From positions 1,248,001 through 1,312,000 of the forward strand of contig CAXXJJ010000004.1 in assembly GCA_963667015.2 (NCBI GenBank): a stretch of 64,000 nucleotides of DNA, in the 5' to 3' direction. Position 1 is the first letter of the stretch; each line of letters opens with the position of its first letter. Below the pieces are notes generated by a model that saw only the letters and a list, made by a program, of their open reading frames with translations, was not told the origin of the DNA and did not search any database. This DNA comes from Desulfatiglandales bacterium. GTDB lineage: Bacteria > Desulfobacterota > DSM-4660 > Desulfatiglandales > HGW-15. Below are positions 36,167 to 45,526 of this stretch, in pieces. The translations under genes were made by a program, and so were the position numbers.

Positions 36167-37465
36167 TTACAATATTTTAATCCATAAAAGCCTTGCGACT
36201 TCAGTTCCTGTATTTTTCCACTGGGTAGGAATTTCGTTAGTGAGGTAAACCATATCACCCTTCTTTACAGTGCATGAAGACCTCTCAAGATTGAGTTGAA
36301 GCTCTCCTGATAAAATGTAACCGATCTCATCTCCCTTGTGAATAAAGAAGTGGGCAGGAAAACTTTTATTGGGATGAATCTCGATGATGTATGGCTCTGC
36401 CTTTGCTTCAAAATCCAGAGGGGTCAGGAGTTTTCCGGATACACTGCCTTCAGGAAGATCTGTAAATCTGATATCAGTGGCATCTGAACCTGTAAAAACA
36501 ATTTTGGATCTTCCTGCACCTGCTCCCTGAAAGAATGAACTCACATCAATCGCAAGTATCTCGGCCATCTTCAGCAGTGCAGGGACAGAAGGATATATAA
36601 GATTGCTCTCAACCTGAGAGATAGTGCTCGGAGTTACACCAACGAGCCTTGCAAGTTCAGTCTGGGACAGGCCTCGCTTCACCCTGAGTTCCTTGAGACG
36701 CATCCCCATGTCGACACTGCCTGTTGTTCGCTTTTCCGCATCAAAAGTAACATTAAGGTCCTTTGTCCAGTAACCGTATGGCCTGTTCAGTGTACTGGAG
36801 TCTCTCTTCTCCGCCTTCAGTACTGTTAAGGAGGTTTTGCCCCGTTTCACAGAAAGATCGATTGCAACCTGCGCTATCTGGTTGATCCGGGCCCGAAGGC
36901 GTGAAGAATGGGCCTCCTTTTCCATGATCCAGTATGCAATTGTATTCAGCTCATATAATCTTGGACATGAATGTGAATAGAAAGTAATGAGAGAATCTTC
37001 ACCGCCCCACAACTCCTGCATACCGCTCATACTTTCAAACACAAAGCGTACATCACCTGTCATATCTGAATGTATTCCATAAAAGGCATCCATAACCGCT
37101 TCAACATTCCTTGGTTCATCTGCTGTGACAATTCTGCATTTTACACTTGGTTCTTTTTCTCTATAGAATCGCAGGAAGACCTCAGACCCGTCACCCTTGC
37201 CGTAGGTAAAGCAATCAAGAATTGTCAGCTTCTCATAATCGGCCAGCGGCCCCAGTTTTTCGAGGAGGTTCCTTGGAGACCTGTCAAAGCTTACATATAT
37301 GATGTGCTTATCCTGAGTCTCTGATGCCTGCATAAAATTAAGACAGAATATATATGCAAGACTTCCTGCATCATCGTACCATACGACATTATCACCAACA
37401 AACAATCCGCCCAGGATCCTGTCGAGCTGACCAACACCTGTAGCTATCCTGTTTTTTTCAGCCAT
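36167..37465 (-). CDS. KaiC/RAD55-like domain + XRE HTH + cupin regulator
   Basis: TGV..LD.ILGGL N-terminus with degenerate P-loop; LSQTELA..VGV..STISQVE; H.G.E.GY..G cupin. Confidence 0.85.
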   Translation of the reverse strand: MAEKNRIATGVGQLDRILGGLFVGDNVVWYDDAGSLAYIFCLNFMQASETQDKHIIYVSFDRSPRNLLEKLGPLADYEKLTILDCFTYGKGDGSEVFLRFYREKEPSVKCRIVTADEPRNVEAVMDAFYGIHSDMTGDVRFVFESMSGMQELWGGEDSLITFYSHSCPRLYELNTIAYWIMEKEAHSSRLRARINQIAQVAIDLSVKRGKTSLTVLKAEKRDSSTLNRPYGYWTKDLNVTFDAEKRTTGSVDMGMRLKELRVKRGLSQTELARLVGVTPSTISQVESNLIYPSVPALLKMAEILAIDVSSFFQGAGAGRSKIVFTGSDATDIRFTDLPEGSVSGKLLTPLDFEAKAEPYIIEIHPNKSFPAHFFIHKGDEIGYILSGELQLNLERSSCTVKKGDMVYLTNEIPTQWKNTGTEVARLLWIKIL

Positions 37466-37573
37466 GGATTTGAACCTTTCTCTGATAACTTTTTATCTGT
37501 ATATCCGCAATTAGATGGATAATTTCAAGCTTTATTAATGCATCCTGTTATGGATTCATACTTTTCCTTTTTC

Positions 37574-37602
37574 TTGACGGTCAATTAAGTTCTGCATATA
37601 CT
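37574..37602 (+). promoter_or_regulatory. sigma70 promoter
   Basis: TTGACG-N17-TATACT. Confidence 0.6.
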
Positions 37603-37658
37603 ACTAAATCACTTCACACATTAACAGGATCTCTTATCAAATACAAAGGAGAATAACA

Positions 37659-38057
37659 ATGGCCGAGCTGAAGTATAAAGACTGCATACGCAAACTTCCT
37701 TTCTACATGGACGGCAAACTGACTGCTGTAGGTGCAAAAGAGTTAAACGGATTTAACTGTCATATTATCTATGCATTTGCCTATGAAACAGGATTAACCG
37801 GTTTATCAAAAAAGCCCCATGTACATGATTATGACGAAGCAATCTTTTTTATCGGATCAGATCCTCAAAATCCGGGATATCTGGGAGCTGAAGTAACAAT
37901 GGCCATTGGACCTGATGAAGATGAAAAATATACATTTACTGAACCAACAGCAGTAGTTGTCCCCAAAGGCGTTCCCCACTGCCCCATGTGGACAAATAAA
38001 CTGGAACAGCCGTTCCTGGTAATGGCTGTTTCACTGACCGGTGAAAGGAATGATTAA
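37659..38057 (+). CDS. Cupin-fold protein
   Basis: PHVHDYDE, VPKGVPHCP; AAGGAG RBS. Confidence 0.75.
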   Translation: MAELKYKDCIRKLPFYMDGKLTAVGAKELNGFNCHIIYAFAYETGLTGLSKKPHVHDYDEAIFFIGSDPQNPGYLGAEVTMAIGPDEDEKYTFTEPTAVVVPKGVPHCPMWTNKLEQPFLVMAVSLTGERND

Positions 38058-38121
38058 TATAGTTTTTTGCATCGACTAAAATATCGACTTAAAAGAGATA
38101 TCTTACCTTTTAGATATGTAA

Positions 38122-38556
38122 TTATTTCTCCCAGTCAGGAAGGGCGTCGTAATCAACAAGCTCAATTCTGGTTCCAACTCCGTTTTCGGGAAGGACCCAT
38201 GCTATCCTGAAGGGATGATCAGGAAAAAAATCTTTCTGCTCCACCTCTTCAAGAGCAGCACCCTGCTCTTTCAGGTGATTGATATGGCTGTCATAGTCGT
38301 CAACAAAAACACAGTAACAGAATACTCCTTCACCCTTTTCTCTTAAAAACCGGGAAAAGGGGCTGTCTTTATCCATATCAGGCTCAATAAACTCGACACT
38401 AATTTCACCCAGCGATATCATTGCCATTCGGGCATCAGGCGTCTTTTTAACAGGCTCATCCCCTTCGGGTGCAAGTTTCATAAGCCCTTCATATGCCTTC
38501 AGTGTACGTTCGAGATTTTCAACTACCATTGTTATATGTGAAACCTTTTTATACAT
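38122..38556 (-). CDS. VOC family (methylmalonyl-CoA epimerase-like) protein
   Basis: SHIT.VV.NLE, VEFIEP, FL.EKGEG, G.RIEL. Confidence 0.8.
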   Translation of the reverse strand: MYKKVSHITMVVENLERTLKAYEGLMKLAPEGDEPVKKTPDARMAMISLGEISVEFIEPDMDKDSPFSRFLREKGEGVFCYCVFVDDYDSHINHLKEQGAALEEVEQKDFFPDHPFRIAWVLPENGVGTRIELVDYDALPDWEK

Positions 38557-38581
38557 AACTAATCCTCACTTTTACTTTTTA

Positions 38582-39301
38582 TTATTCAGAACTGCTGCTC
38601 TCATAAAGGGCAATACCTGCAGCAACGGAAAGGTTTAAAGAATCTATCCTTCCGCTCTGCGGAATTGACACTGTCAGTCCTTCAACCTCCGGATTATCAG
38701 GAAGCCCTGAACTTTCATTCCCAAATACAAGAGAATATGGTCTCTGAAATTTTATTCTATTTAAACTGGTATTGTTTCCTGTTTTAAACAGATAGAGTTT
38801 ATTATCAAATAAACTATGGTACCGGGCCAGGCTGTCAAAGTATTCTACATTAAGCAAAAAGACCGCTCCCATTGATGCACGAACCGCTTTGGGATCAAAA
38901 CAGTCTACAGCGGGACGGATCAAAGCAAGGTCAGTAATTCCAAAACCGGCCATGGTTCTTGCGATAGTACCGAAATTTCCCATGTCCGAAGGATTTACAA
39001 GTACCAGATGATTTTTATTGTGCTCGATTGCGGAATCATACTTGCTGAAGACCCCGACAGCCAGATGCTTTCCCTTGATGCAGATTCTTTCTATGGTTTT
39101 ATCGTTAACCTCAACCGGAATATCATGTTCTTTACAGATTTTTTTTATCTCCAGTATACCTTTATTATTTTCTCCTGATGAGGACAGGAGAACCCTGTGA
39201 ACATGTTCGGGCCGGGCATGCAGCATTTCAATAGTACTGAATACACCATTGGCGTAGCTGTAGGTATGATCCTTGCGGTATCTTTTTAAACGGATATTCA
39301 T
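38582..39301 (-). CDS. TrmH/SpoU family RNA methyltransferase
   Basis: DMGNFGTIAR, RASMGA, FGNE.SGL, SLNLSVA. Confidence 0.88.
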   Translation of the reverse strand: MNIRLKRYRKDHTYSYANGVFSTIEMLHARPEHVHRVLLSSSGENNKGILEIKKICKEHDIPVEVNDKTIERICIKGKHLAVGVFSKYDSAIEHNKNHLVLVNPSDMGNFGTIARTMAGFGITDLALIRPAVDCFDPKAVRASMGAVFLLNVEYFDSLARYHSLFDNKLYLFKTGNNTSLNRIKFQRPYSLVFGNESSGLPDNPEVEGLTVSIPQSGRIDSLNLSVAAGIALYESSSSE

Positions 39302-39355
39302 GAAAAGCAACCCTGAATTAATGAAATAAAATGATACTTATTGCATATTCATTTA

Positions 39356-40729
39356 TTAGGCAATAAGTTTTTCAGGAGGGATTTCAGCAATCAATTTGAC
39401 AAAGAGATCCACGCAATCGGGACAGAGCTGTGTCCCTCTCGCAGTAAGGATAATATCCATGGCCTTCTGCAGGGGCATTCCGTCCCTGTAGGGCCTGTCG
39501 GATGTAAGGGCATGATAGGTGTCGGCAACAGCCATTAATCTTGCCCATAAAGGGATATTGTTACCTTTTATACCGTCGGGGTATCCTTTCCCGTCAAATC
39601 GTTCATGATGATGCCTGATGGCAGGGATAACCTTTGACAGGCTTGATATATTGCCAAGTATATTCACACCAACAACAGGGTGCTCCTTAACAAGATTAAA
39701 CTCCACATTTGTCAGCTTTCCGGGTTTCAGGAGTATACTGTCAGGCACTCCTATCTTTCCAAGGTCATGAAGCTTTCCTGCAATACCTATAGATTCAACA
39801 TCTTCCTGTGACAAGCCCATTTTTTGAGCCATCTTTTCTACGATAGATGAAACAGCCTGAGAATGACCGGATGTATAATGATCCCTCGCCTCAAGGGCCG
39901 CAATAAGGCTGGTAATTCCGGAAAGCATGAACTGTCTTTCCGAATCCAGCCGCTCCTTCTCTTTCAGTAGAAGCAGATACTGATCTGACAGCAGTTTTTC
40001 AACAGTAATGACCATCTGTTCCATATTAAATGGTTTTACAAGATAGGCGCTTACACCTCTTTCGAGCAGCTGCCTCATAGTTGCACGGTTATCATTTGCA
40101 CTCATTATCACAAATGGTATTGCCTTTAGCCCGGGATCGGTTCGTATCCTGTTGCAAAGATCTATACCGTTCATTTCTGGCATGTCTATATCACTCAGTA
40201 TCAGGTCAGGCGGGTTGAATGCTATATTTTCAAGGGCATCCTTTCCGTTTACAGCGGTTGTTACTTTAAAGCCTGATTTTTCAAAGGCATCTTTTACGAT
40301 GGATCGAATGGTTGAGGAATCATCAACAACAAGAATATGGTTATTGTTATGAAATTTTGATTTTTCCAGGACTTCAAGGGTTGTATCAAGCAGTTTGTTT
40401 TTTAAATCCGATTTAACGATATAGGAATCAGCCCCTACCCTGAATCCTTTATCAATATACTGATCCGTGTCATTGGAACTGATAAGGATAACCGGAACAC
40501 TTATTGTATTGGGATTTCCCTTTAGTTTACGACAGAGTGCAAATCCGTCCATATTGGGCATTTCAATATCCGAAATAATCAAATCGTAGCTCTGGAGCAG
40601 GGCCATGTCCAGACCTTTACTCCCATCTTCAGCGTGCGAGAATGATGCACCTATCAATTTCAGTTCATTTTCGATTTGATTGCGGAAAAATGGGCTGTCA
40701 TCAATAATCAATATATTCGTAGTGTTCAT
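39356..40729 (-). CDS. Dual-receiver HD-GYP c-di-GMP phosphodiesterase
   Basis: Two REC domains, LHDLGK, HHERFDGKGYP, RPYR. Confidence 0.92.
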   Translation of the reverse strand: MNTTNILIIDDSPFFRNQIENELKLIGASFSHAEDGSKGLDMALLQSYDLIISDIEMPNMDGFALCRKLKGNPNTISVPVILISSNDTDQYIDKGFRVGADSYIVKSDLKNKLLDTTLEVLEKSKFHNNNHILVVDDSSTIRSIVKDAFEKSGFKVTTAVNGKDALENIAFNPPDLILSDIDMPEMNGIDLCNRIRTDPGLKAIPFVIMSANDNRATMRQLLERGVSAYLVKPFNMEQMVITVEKLLSDQYLLLLKEKERLDSERQFMLSGITSLIAALEARDHYTSGHSQAVSSIVEKMAQKMGLSQEDVESIGIAGKLHDLGKIGVPDSILLKPGKLTNVEFNLVKEHPVVGVNILGNISSLSKVIPAIRHHHERFDGKGYPDGIKGNNIPLWARLMAVADTYHALTSDRPYRDGMPLQKAMDIILTARGTQLCPDCVDLFVKLIAEIPPEKLIA

Positions 40730-40985
40730 TGAAGACCTGTTACATTATATTAAATTATATTATTGGTAACTCAGATATTCGTTCATCGGCTAAAACCTGA
40801 GAAAACTTTAGTTTTTAATCTTTATTAATTCATAACACCCTCTTCCAACCTTTATCCTTGACCCATAGAACCAACTTAACCTATAATACTTAGCTCAATA
40901 ATATATAGTTTTACTAACAGGAATTAAAAGTTTCGATAAAAATCATATTTATCATAACATAGAAAAAACAGAAAGGCATAACTAG

Positions 40986-42137
40986 TTGAATAAAAAAAGG
41001 ATTTCATACATATACATAAGCGATATCTCTACTCTTGAACAAGAAGTCAGTACCCTGTTAAAAGAAAAATCAATAGGTGTTGACATGGAAGCAGATTCTC
41101 TCTTTCACTACACGGAAAAGGTATGTCTCATCCAGATATCCACAAATAATAAAAACCTGCTGATTGACCCGCTGGCAATAAATGATCTTTCGGCCCTGGA
41201 ACCGGTATTTGCCAGCAAAGACATTAGAAAGATATTTCACGGAGCCGATTATGATATTCGGTCACTGTACAGGGATTTTAAAATAGAAGTCCACTCGCTG
41301 TTTGATACGCAGATTGCAGCACGTATCCTTGGCTCAAATGAAACAGGTCTTGCCAGCCTCCTCAGGGAACATTTCAATATAAATCTTGAAAAAAAATACC
41401 AGAAGAGAGACTGGTCAAAAAGACCTCTTCCCGACTCAATGCTTGCCTATGGTGTATATGATACATGTTATCTGATACCCCTTAGCAAAATACTGGAAGA
41501 GAATCTTATTACAAAAAATCGATTTAACTGGTTCGAGGAGGAATGTGAACTCCAGACCAGGGTCCGTTTTGCACAAGCCAGCGAAGAGCCACTTTTTATC
41601 AAATTCAAAGGAGCAAGAAAGCTTGCCCCGCGAAATCTGGCCATCCTTGAGGCAATCTTAAGGCTAAGGGAAGAACTGGCAATGAAGAAGGACAGACCGC
41701 CGTTCAAGGTGCTCAGAAACGACCAGATACTGAATATTGCAACAGAAGAACCTTCCAGGTTAGAGGAACTCAGGTCCCTCAGTGAAAACCAGATAAAAAA
41801 AATGGGCGGGCTTATACTTGAGAAAATTGAGGAGGCATCGAAAATACCGGAGAAAGAGCTTCCCAAATATCCAAAGCCTGATTTAAAATCTGCAGGGCCT
41901 GAGTTAAACAGAAATATAAAGCTGCTTAAGGACTGGAGATCCAAAACTGCCGGGAAAATGGACCTTGATCCATCTCTCCTGTGTACAAACGCCCAGATAC
42001 AATCACTGGTTCAGGCCTGTCCGGATGATGTCTCTCGACTGCGCAAAATGGATATATTAAAAAAATGGCAGGTAAACCTCTTCGGGCGGGAGGTATGCCG
42101 CCTGTTCAGGGAGATGGGTTTCTCTGCCTTCAGCTAA
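40986..42137 (+). CDS. rnd: Ribonuclease D (3'-5' exonuclease + HRDC)
   Basis: VDME, HGADYD, FDTQIA, DWS.RPL, HRDC domains. Confidence 0.88.
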   Translation: MNKKRISYIYISDISTLEQEVSTLLKEKSIGVDMEADSLFHYTEKVCLIQISTNNKNLLIDPLAINDLSALEPVFASKDIRKIFHGADYDIRSLYRDFKIEVHSLFDTQIAARILGSNETGLASLLREHFNINLEKKYQKRDWSKRPLPDSMLAYGVYDTCYLIPLSKILEENLITKNRFNWFEEECELQTRVRFAQASEEPLFIKFKGARKLAPRNLAILEAILRLREELAMKKDRPPFKVLRNDQILNIATEEPSRLEELRSLSENQIKKMGGLILEKIEEASKIPEKELPKYPKPDLKSAGPELNRNIKLLKDWRSKTAGKMDLDPSLLCTNAQIQSLVQACPDDVSRLRKMDILKKWQVNLFGREVCRLFREMGFSAFS

Positions 42138-42631
42138 AACCTTCCAAGCTTATGCAGGTAGTGATATGTAATTATCCCGACGGAGGTTGACAGGTTAAGA
42201 CTTCTTACCTGCCCGAATATGGGGATGCGGAAGCATGGATATTTTTTTCTAATTACCTCCGGCAGTCCAAGGCTCTCCTGCCCGAAAAGAAGATAACAGC
42301 CTTTAACGACATCTGCCTTTGTATATTCATTTTCGGCAAATTTACTAAAACAGTATAGCCGGCCTGTTATATTGCTGTCACTTTCGAGAAAGGTATCAAA
42401 ACTGGCATGATGTGTGACATCTACTTCATGCCAGTAATCGAGCCCTGCACGCCTGAGATGTTTATCATCTACACGAAAACCAAGGGGATGAATAAGATGC
42501 AGCTTTACCATGGCAGCACCGCACAGCCTGGCTATATTTCCTGTATTTGCCGGAATCTCGGGCTGATAGAGGACTATGTTTAAGTACGGGTCCTTAATAG
42601 TTATATGATAATTTTGAGGGTTGTTTTTCAT
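42134..42631 (-). CDS. trmL: tRNA (cytidine34-2'-O)-methyltransferase
   Basis: PEIP.NTGNI.R, RRAGLDYW, FG.E..GL, RSLNLS. Confidence 0.9.
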   Translation of the reverse strand: MKNNPQNYHITIKDPYLNIVLYQPEIPANTGNIARLCGAAMVKLHLIHPLGFRVDDKHLRRAGLDYWHEVDVTHHASFDTFLESDSNITGRLYCFSKFAENEYTKADVVKGCYLLFGQESLGLPEVIRKKYPCFRIPIFGQVRSLNLSTSVGIITYHYLHKLGRF

Positions 42632-42644
42632 AACAGGATCGCTA

Positions 42645-42675
42645 TTTTGAGACAGGTTTTAAACCTGTCTCTACA
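42645..42675. repeat. GTAG-type REP-like palindrome
   Basis: Minus strand TGTAGAGACAGGTTT-A-AAACCTGTCTC. Confidence 0.55.
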
Positions 42676-42705
42676 GTAATAGATATCTGGTGCAGGATTA
42701 AGGTA

Positions 42706-42909
42706 TTAATAAGGCCTTAATGACCCGCAGTCAGGGCACTGCCAGTTTACACCGCTGCATGTAAGCCCCCACTGATTTTCTTCCATACATTTATTGCATA
42801 TCTGAAAACCGCACGGGCAGGTCCAGCAAAAAATGGTTTTTTCACCGCAGCAGTGGCAGCAATATTCTTTTACTCGTCTTTTTCTTTTAGACTTTTTTTC
42901 CTCAGACAC
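42706..42909 (-). CDS. Small Cys-rich zinc-binding protein
   Basis: 67 aa with CHCC, CWTCPC, CNKC, CPDC. Confidence 0.7.
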   Translation of the reverse strand: MSEEKKSKRKRRVKEYCCHCCGEKTIFCWTCPCGFQICNKCMEENQWGLTCSGVNWQCPDCGSLRPY

Positions 42910-42978
42910 TGCTACCCATATTTCAAAATTTTTATTATATTAAAGGTTTTTTAAACCGTACACCGTAAACCTCAAACC

Positions 42979-43752
42979 TTAAACCTCTAATACCGGGCAC
43001 GGATAATCTTGATAGCTCACATGGACCGGAATGCTTTCCATGTCGCATTCCGAAAGTGATTCCCTTGCCTTTGAAAGTGCCTTTTCCGGGGTATTGTTAA
43101 CCTCGCTTAAATGAGCAAGTACTATGTGTTTAAGATTTTTATGAGAAAGCTTTTTTAGTAACATGCCGGCCTGATCGTTTGAAAGATGTCCCTTTGATCC
43201 TTTGATTCTTTTTTTAAGGTAATAGGGATAAGGACCGTTCTCCAGCATCTCAATATCATGGTTGAATTCAAGCAACATCCCTGTGCAATCCTGAAGGATA
43301 TCTTCAAGCAGAGGTGTGCTTTTTCCAACATCAGTTAGAATACCAAGTCTTGAACCATTGGAAGAAACAGTAAGTCCGATAGGATCAGCGGCATCATGGT
43401 CTTTTTTAAAGGTGTCAACGGTTATATCATTTATTTTAAAGGATTCACCGACATGGAGCTGATCGTTTACACTGGTTTTTCCCAATGTTCGGATGCATCT
43501 GTCTATCGTAGAAGGATTTGAGAAAACAGTGGATTTGAACTTTCTTGATATAGGCCCCACACCTTTGATGTGATCACTGTGTTCATGGGTTATAATTATT
43601 GCGTCAAGATATGCTGCATCAAGGCCTACCAGATGCATGCGCCTTACCAGTTCGCGGCAGCTCAAACCTGCATCTATTAAAAGCCGTGTATTTTCTGTTT
43701 CAATATAGCAGGCATTTCCTTTACTGCCGGAAGCAAGAACCGAAAAACGCAT
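42979..43752 (-). CDS. MBL-fold metallo-hydrolase (YycJ-like)
   Basis: SGSKGN, THEHSDH, E.NHD, GHLSN, AHLS..NN. Confidence 0.9.
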   Translation of the reverse strand: MRFSVLASGSKGNACYIETENTRLLIDAGLSCRELVRRMHLVGLDAAYLDAIIITHEHSDHIKGVGPISRKFKSTVFSNPSTIDRCIRTLGKTSVNDQLHVGESFKINDITVDTFKKDHDAADPIGLTVSSNGSRLGILTDVGKSTPLLEDILQDCTGMLLEFNHDIEMLENGPYPYYLKKRIKGSKGHLSNDQAGMLLKKLSHKNLKHIVLAHLSEVNNTPEKALSKARESLSECDMESIPVHVSYQDYPCPVLEV

Positions 43753-43775
43753 TGGAGACCTTTTACTGATATCTA

Positions 43776-44225
43776 TTACTCAATACCGCTATGACCAAAC
43801 CCGCCATCACCCCTGGTTGTTGAATCAAGGTCATCAACTTCCAGAATCCGGGCCTGATATATCCTGGCGATAACCATCTGTGCAATCCTGTCACCCTTTT
43901 TCACAGTGAATGGTTCACTTCCGAAATTGGTCATTATTATTCCTATCTCGCCCCGGTAGTCAGAATCGATCGTACCCGGGCTGTTCACAAATCCTATGCC
44001 GTGTTTTAAGGCAAGACCGCTTCTTGGTCTGATCTGGGCCTCATATCCCCGGGGTAGGGAAATTGATATGCCGGTAGGGACAAGTTTAATTTCACCCGGA
44101 TTGAGAACGATGTCCTCTTCCGTCCAGGCCCTTATATCCATGCCCGATGAACCTTTTGTTTCATAAGCAGGAAGAGGAAGGTCGTAGTCATCTATTTTTT
44201 TTATTTTAAGCTCAATATTTTCCAA
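43776..44225 (-). CDS. dut: dUTP diphosphatase
   Basis: [26 protein letters not shown]. Confidence 0.96.
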   Translation of the reverse strand: MENIELKIKKIDDYDLPLPAYETKGSSGMDIRAWTEEDIVLNPGEIKLVPTGISISLPRGYEAQIRPRSGLALKHGIGFVNSPGTIDSDYRGEIGIIMTNFGSEPFTVKKGDRIAQMVIARIYQARILEVDDLDSTTRGDGGFGHSGIE

Positions 44226-44253
44226 TGGATCACCCTAATGCAGCAGGCATTTG

Positions 44254-45525
44254 TTAAATCGGATTTGAGAGAAATATATTATTTGTCAGATCCAGGTCTT
44301 CACGATTAACCGAACCGAGTGTAGTAATTGCCACACTTCCCGGGGTAAATGCGTGCCTGATACAGGTCATTATATCATCAAGAGTGACCCTTTTGAGGTT
44401 ATCAACAAGCTCTTCATACTCAATATATCTTCCAAAGACAAATTCATTCTTTGCAATTCGCATCATCCTGGAGTCTGTATTCTCCGATCCCAGAAGGATG
44501 CCTCCCACAAGATGATCCCTTGCTTCTTCAAGATCCTTTTCAGAAAGGTCTCCTTCCTGCAGCTTGACTATTTCGGAATTTACAACATCAAGGACATTGT
44601 TGACATCACCCGGACCGGTGCCCGCACAGATGCCAAACAGACCTGTGTCCATGTAGGCAGAGAGAAAGGAGTAGATAGAATAGGCAAGCCCTCTCTTCTC
44701 TCTTATCTCCTGGAAGAGCCGTGAACTCATGTTTCCGCCCAGGATAGTATTCAGTATGGCTCCGGCAAAACGCATGTCACTGGACAGGCTCGGGGCCCTC
44801 CCGCCCATGCATATGTTGATCTGCTCCAGATCTCTGTATGAGCAGATTATACTTGAGGTTAATTCATGTGAATATTCCCTGTTTTCCTTTGTAACCGGCT
44901 CCAGACCGCCAAACTGTTTTTCAAAGGTCTTCACCACCTCATCATGATCAATATTTCCTGCTGCAGCAATTATTATCCTGTCAGGGCTGTAATACATCTT
45001 CATATGCTCAATTATTGAATCCCTGGTTATAGCTGTAACGGTTTCAGCTGTACCGAGGACCGGCTTTCCAAGAGGATGATTATTGAAAACCTGGGCATTG
45101 AACAATTCATGAACCTGCTCTTCAGGAGAATCTTCAACCATGCTTATTTCCTGAAGCACCACCTGTTTTTCTCTCTCGATATCCTCAGGATCAAAGCTTG
45201 AATTAAGGAATATATCCGAAAGGATTTCAGCTAAAGTAAAAAAATCCTTATCCAGCACCTTTGAATGAAAGCAGGTATATTCCTTACCAGTGAAGGCGTT
45301 TGAAAGGCCGCCAATGGCGTCCAGCTCCTTGGCGATAAGAAGGGTATCACGGGAAGGGGTCCCTTTAAAGATCATGTGTTCTATGAAATGAGAGACCCCG
45401 TTATTGATTTGGTTTTCGTCCCTTGAACCTGTACCGACCCAGATACCAAGGGACACAGACTTATAATGCTCTATTTTTTCGGTTATTATTCTAAGACCAT
45501 TACTTAATACTGATTTTTGATACAT
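44254..45525 (-). CDS. M16 family zinc peptidase
   Basis: HFIEH, NAFT, SSRLFQEIREKRGLAY. Confidence 0.93.
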   Translation of the reverse strand: MYQKSVLSNGLRIITEKIEHYKSVSLGIWVGTGSRDENQINNGVSHFIEHMIFKGTPSRDTLLIAKELDAIGGLSNAFTGKEYTCFHSKVLDKDFFTLAEILSDIFLNSSFDPEDIEREKQVVLQEISMVEDSPEEQVHELFNAQVFNNHPLGKPVLGTAETVTAITRDSIIEHMKMYYSPDRIIIAAAGNIDHDEVVKTFEKQFGGLEPVTKENREYSHELTSSIICSYRDLEQINICMGGRAPSLSSDMRFAGAILNTILGGNMSSRLFQEIREKRGLAYSIYSFLSAYMDTGLFGICAGTGPGDVNNVLDVVNSEIVKLQEGDLSEKDLEEARDHLVGGILLGSENTDSRMMRIAKNEFVFGRYIEYEELVDNLKRVTLDDIMTCIRHAFTPGSVAITTLGSVNREDLDLTNNIFLSNPI

Positions 45526-45526
45526 G

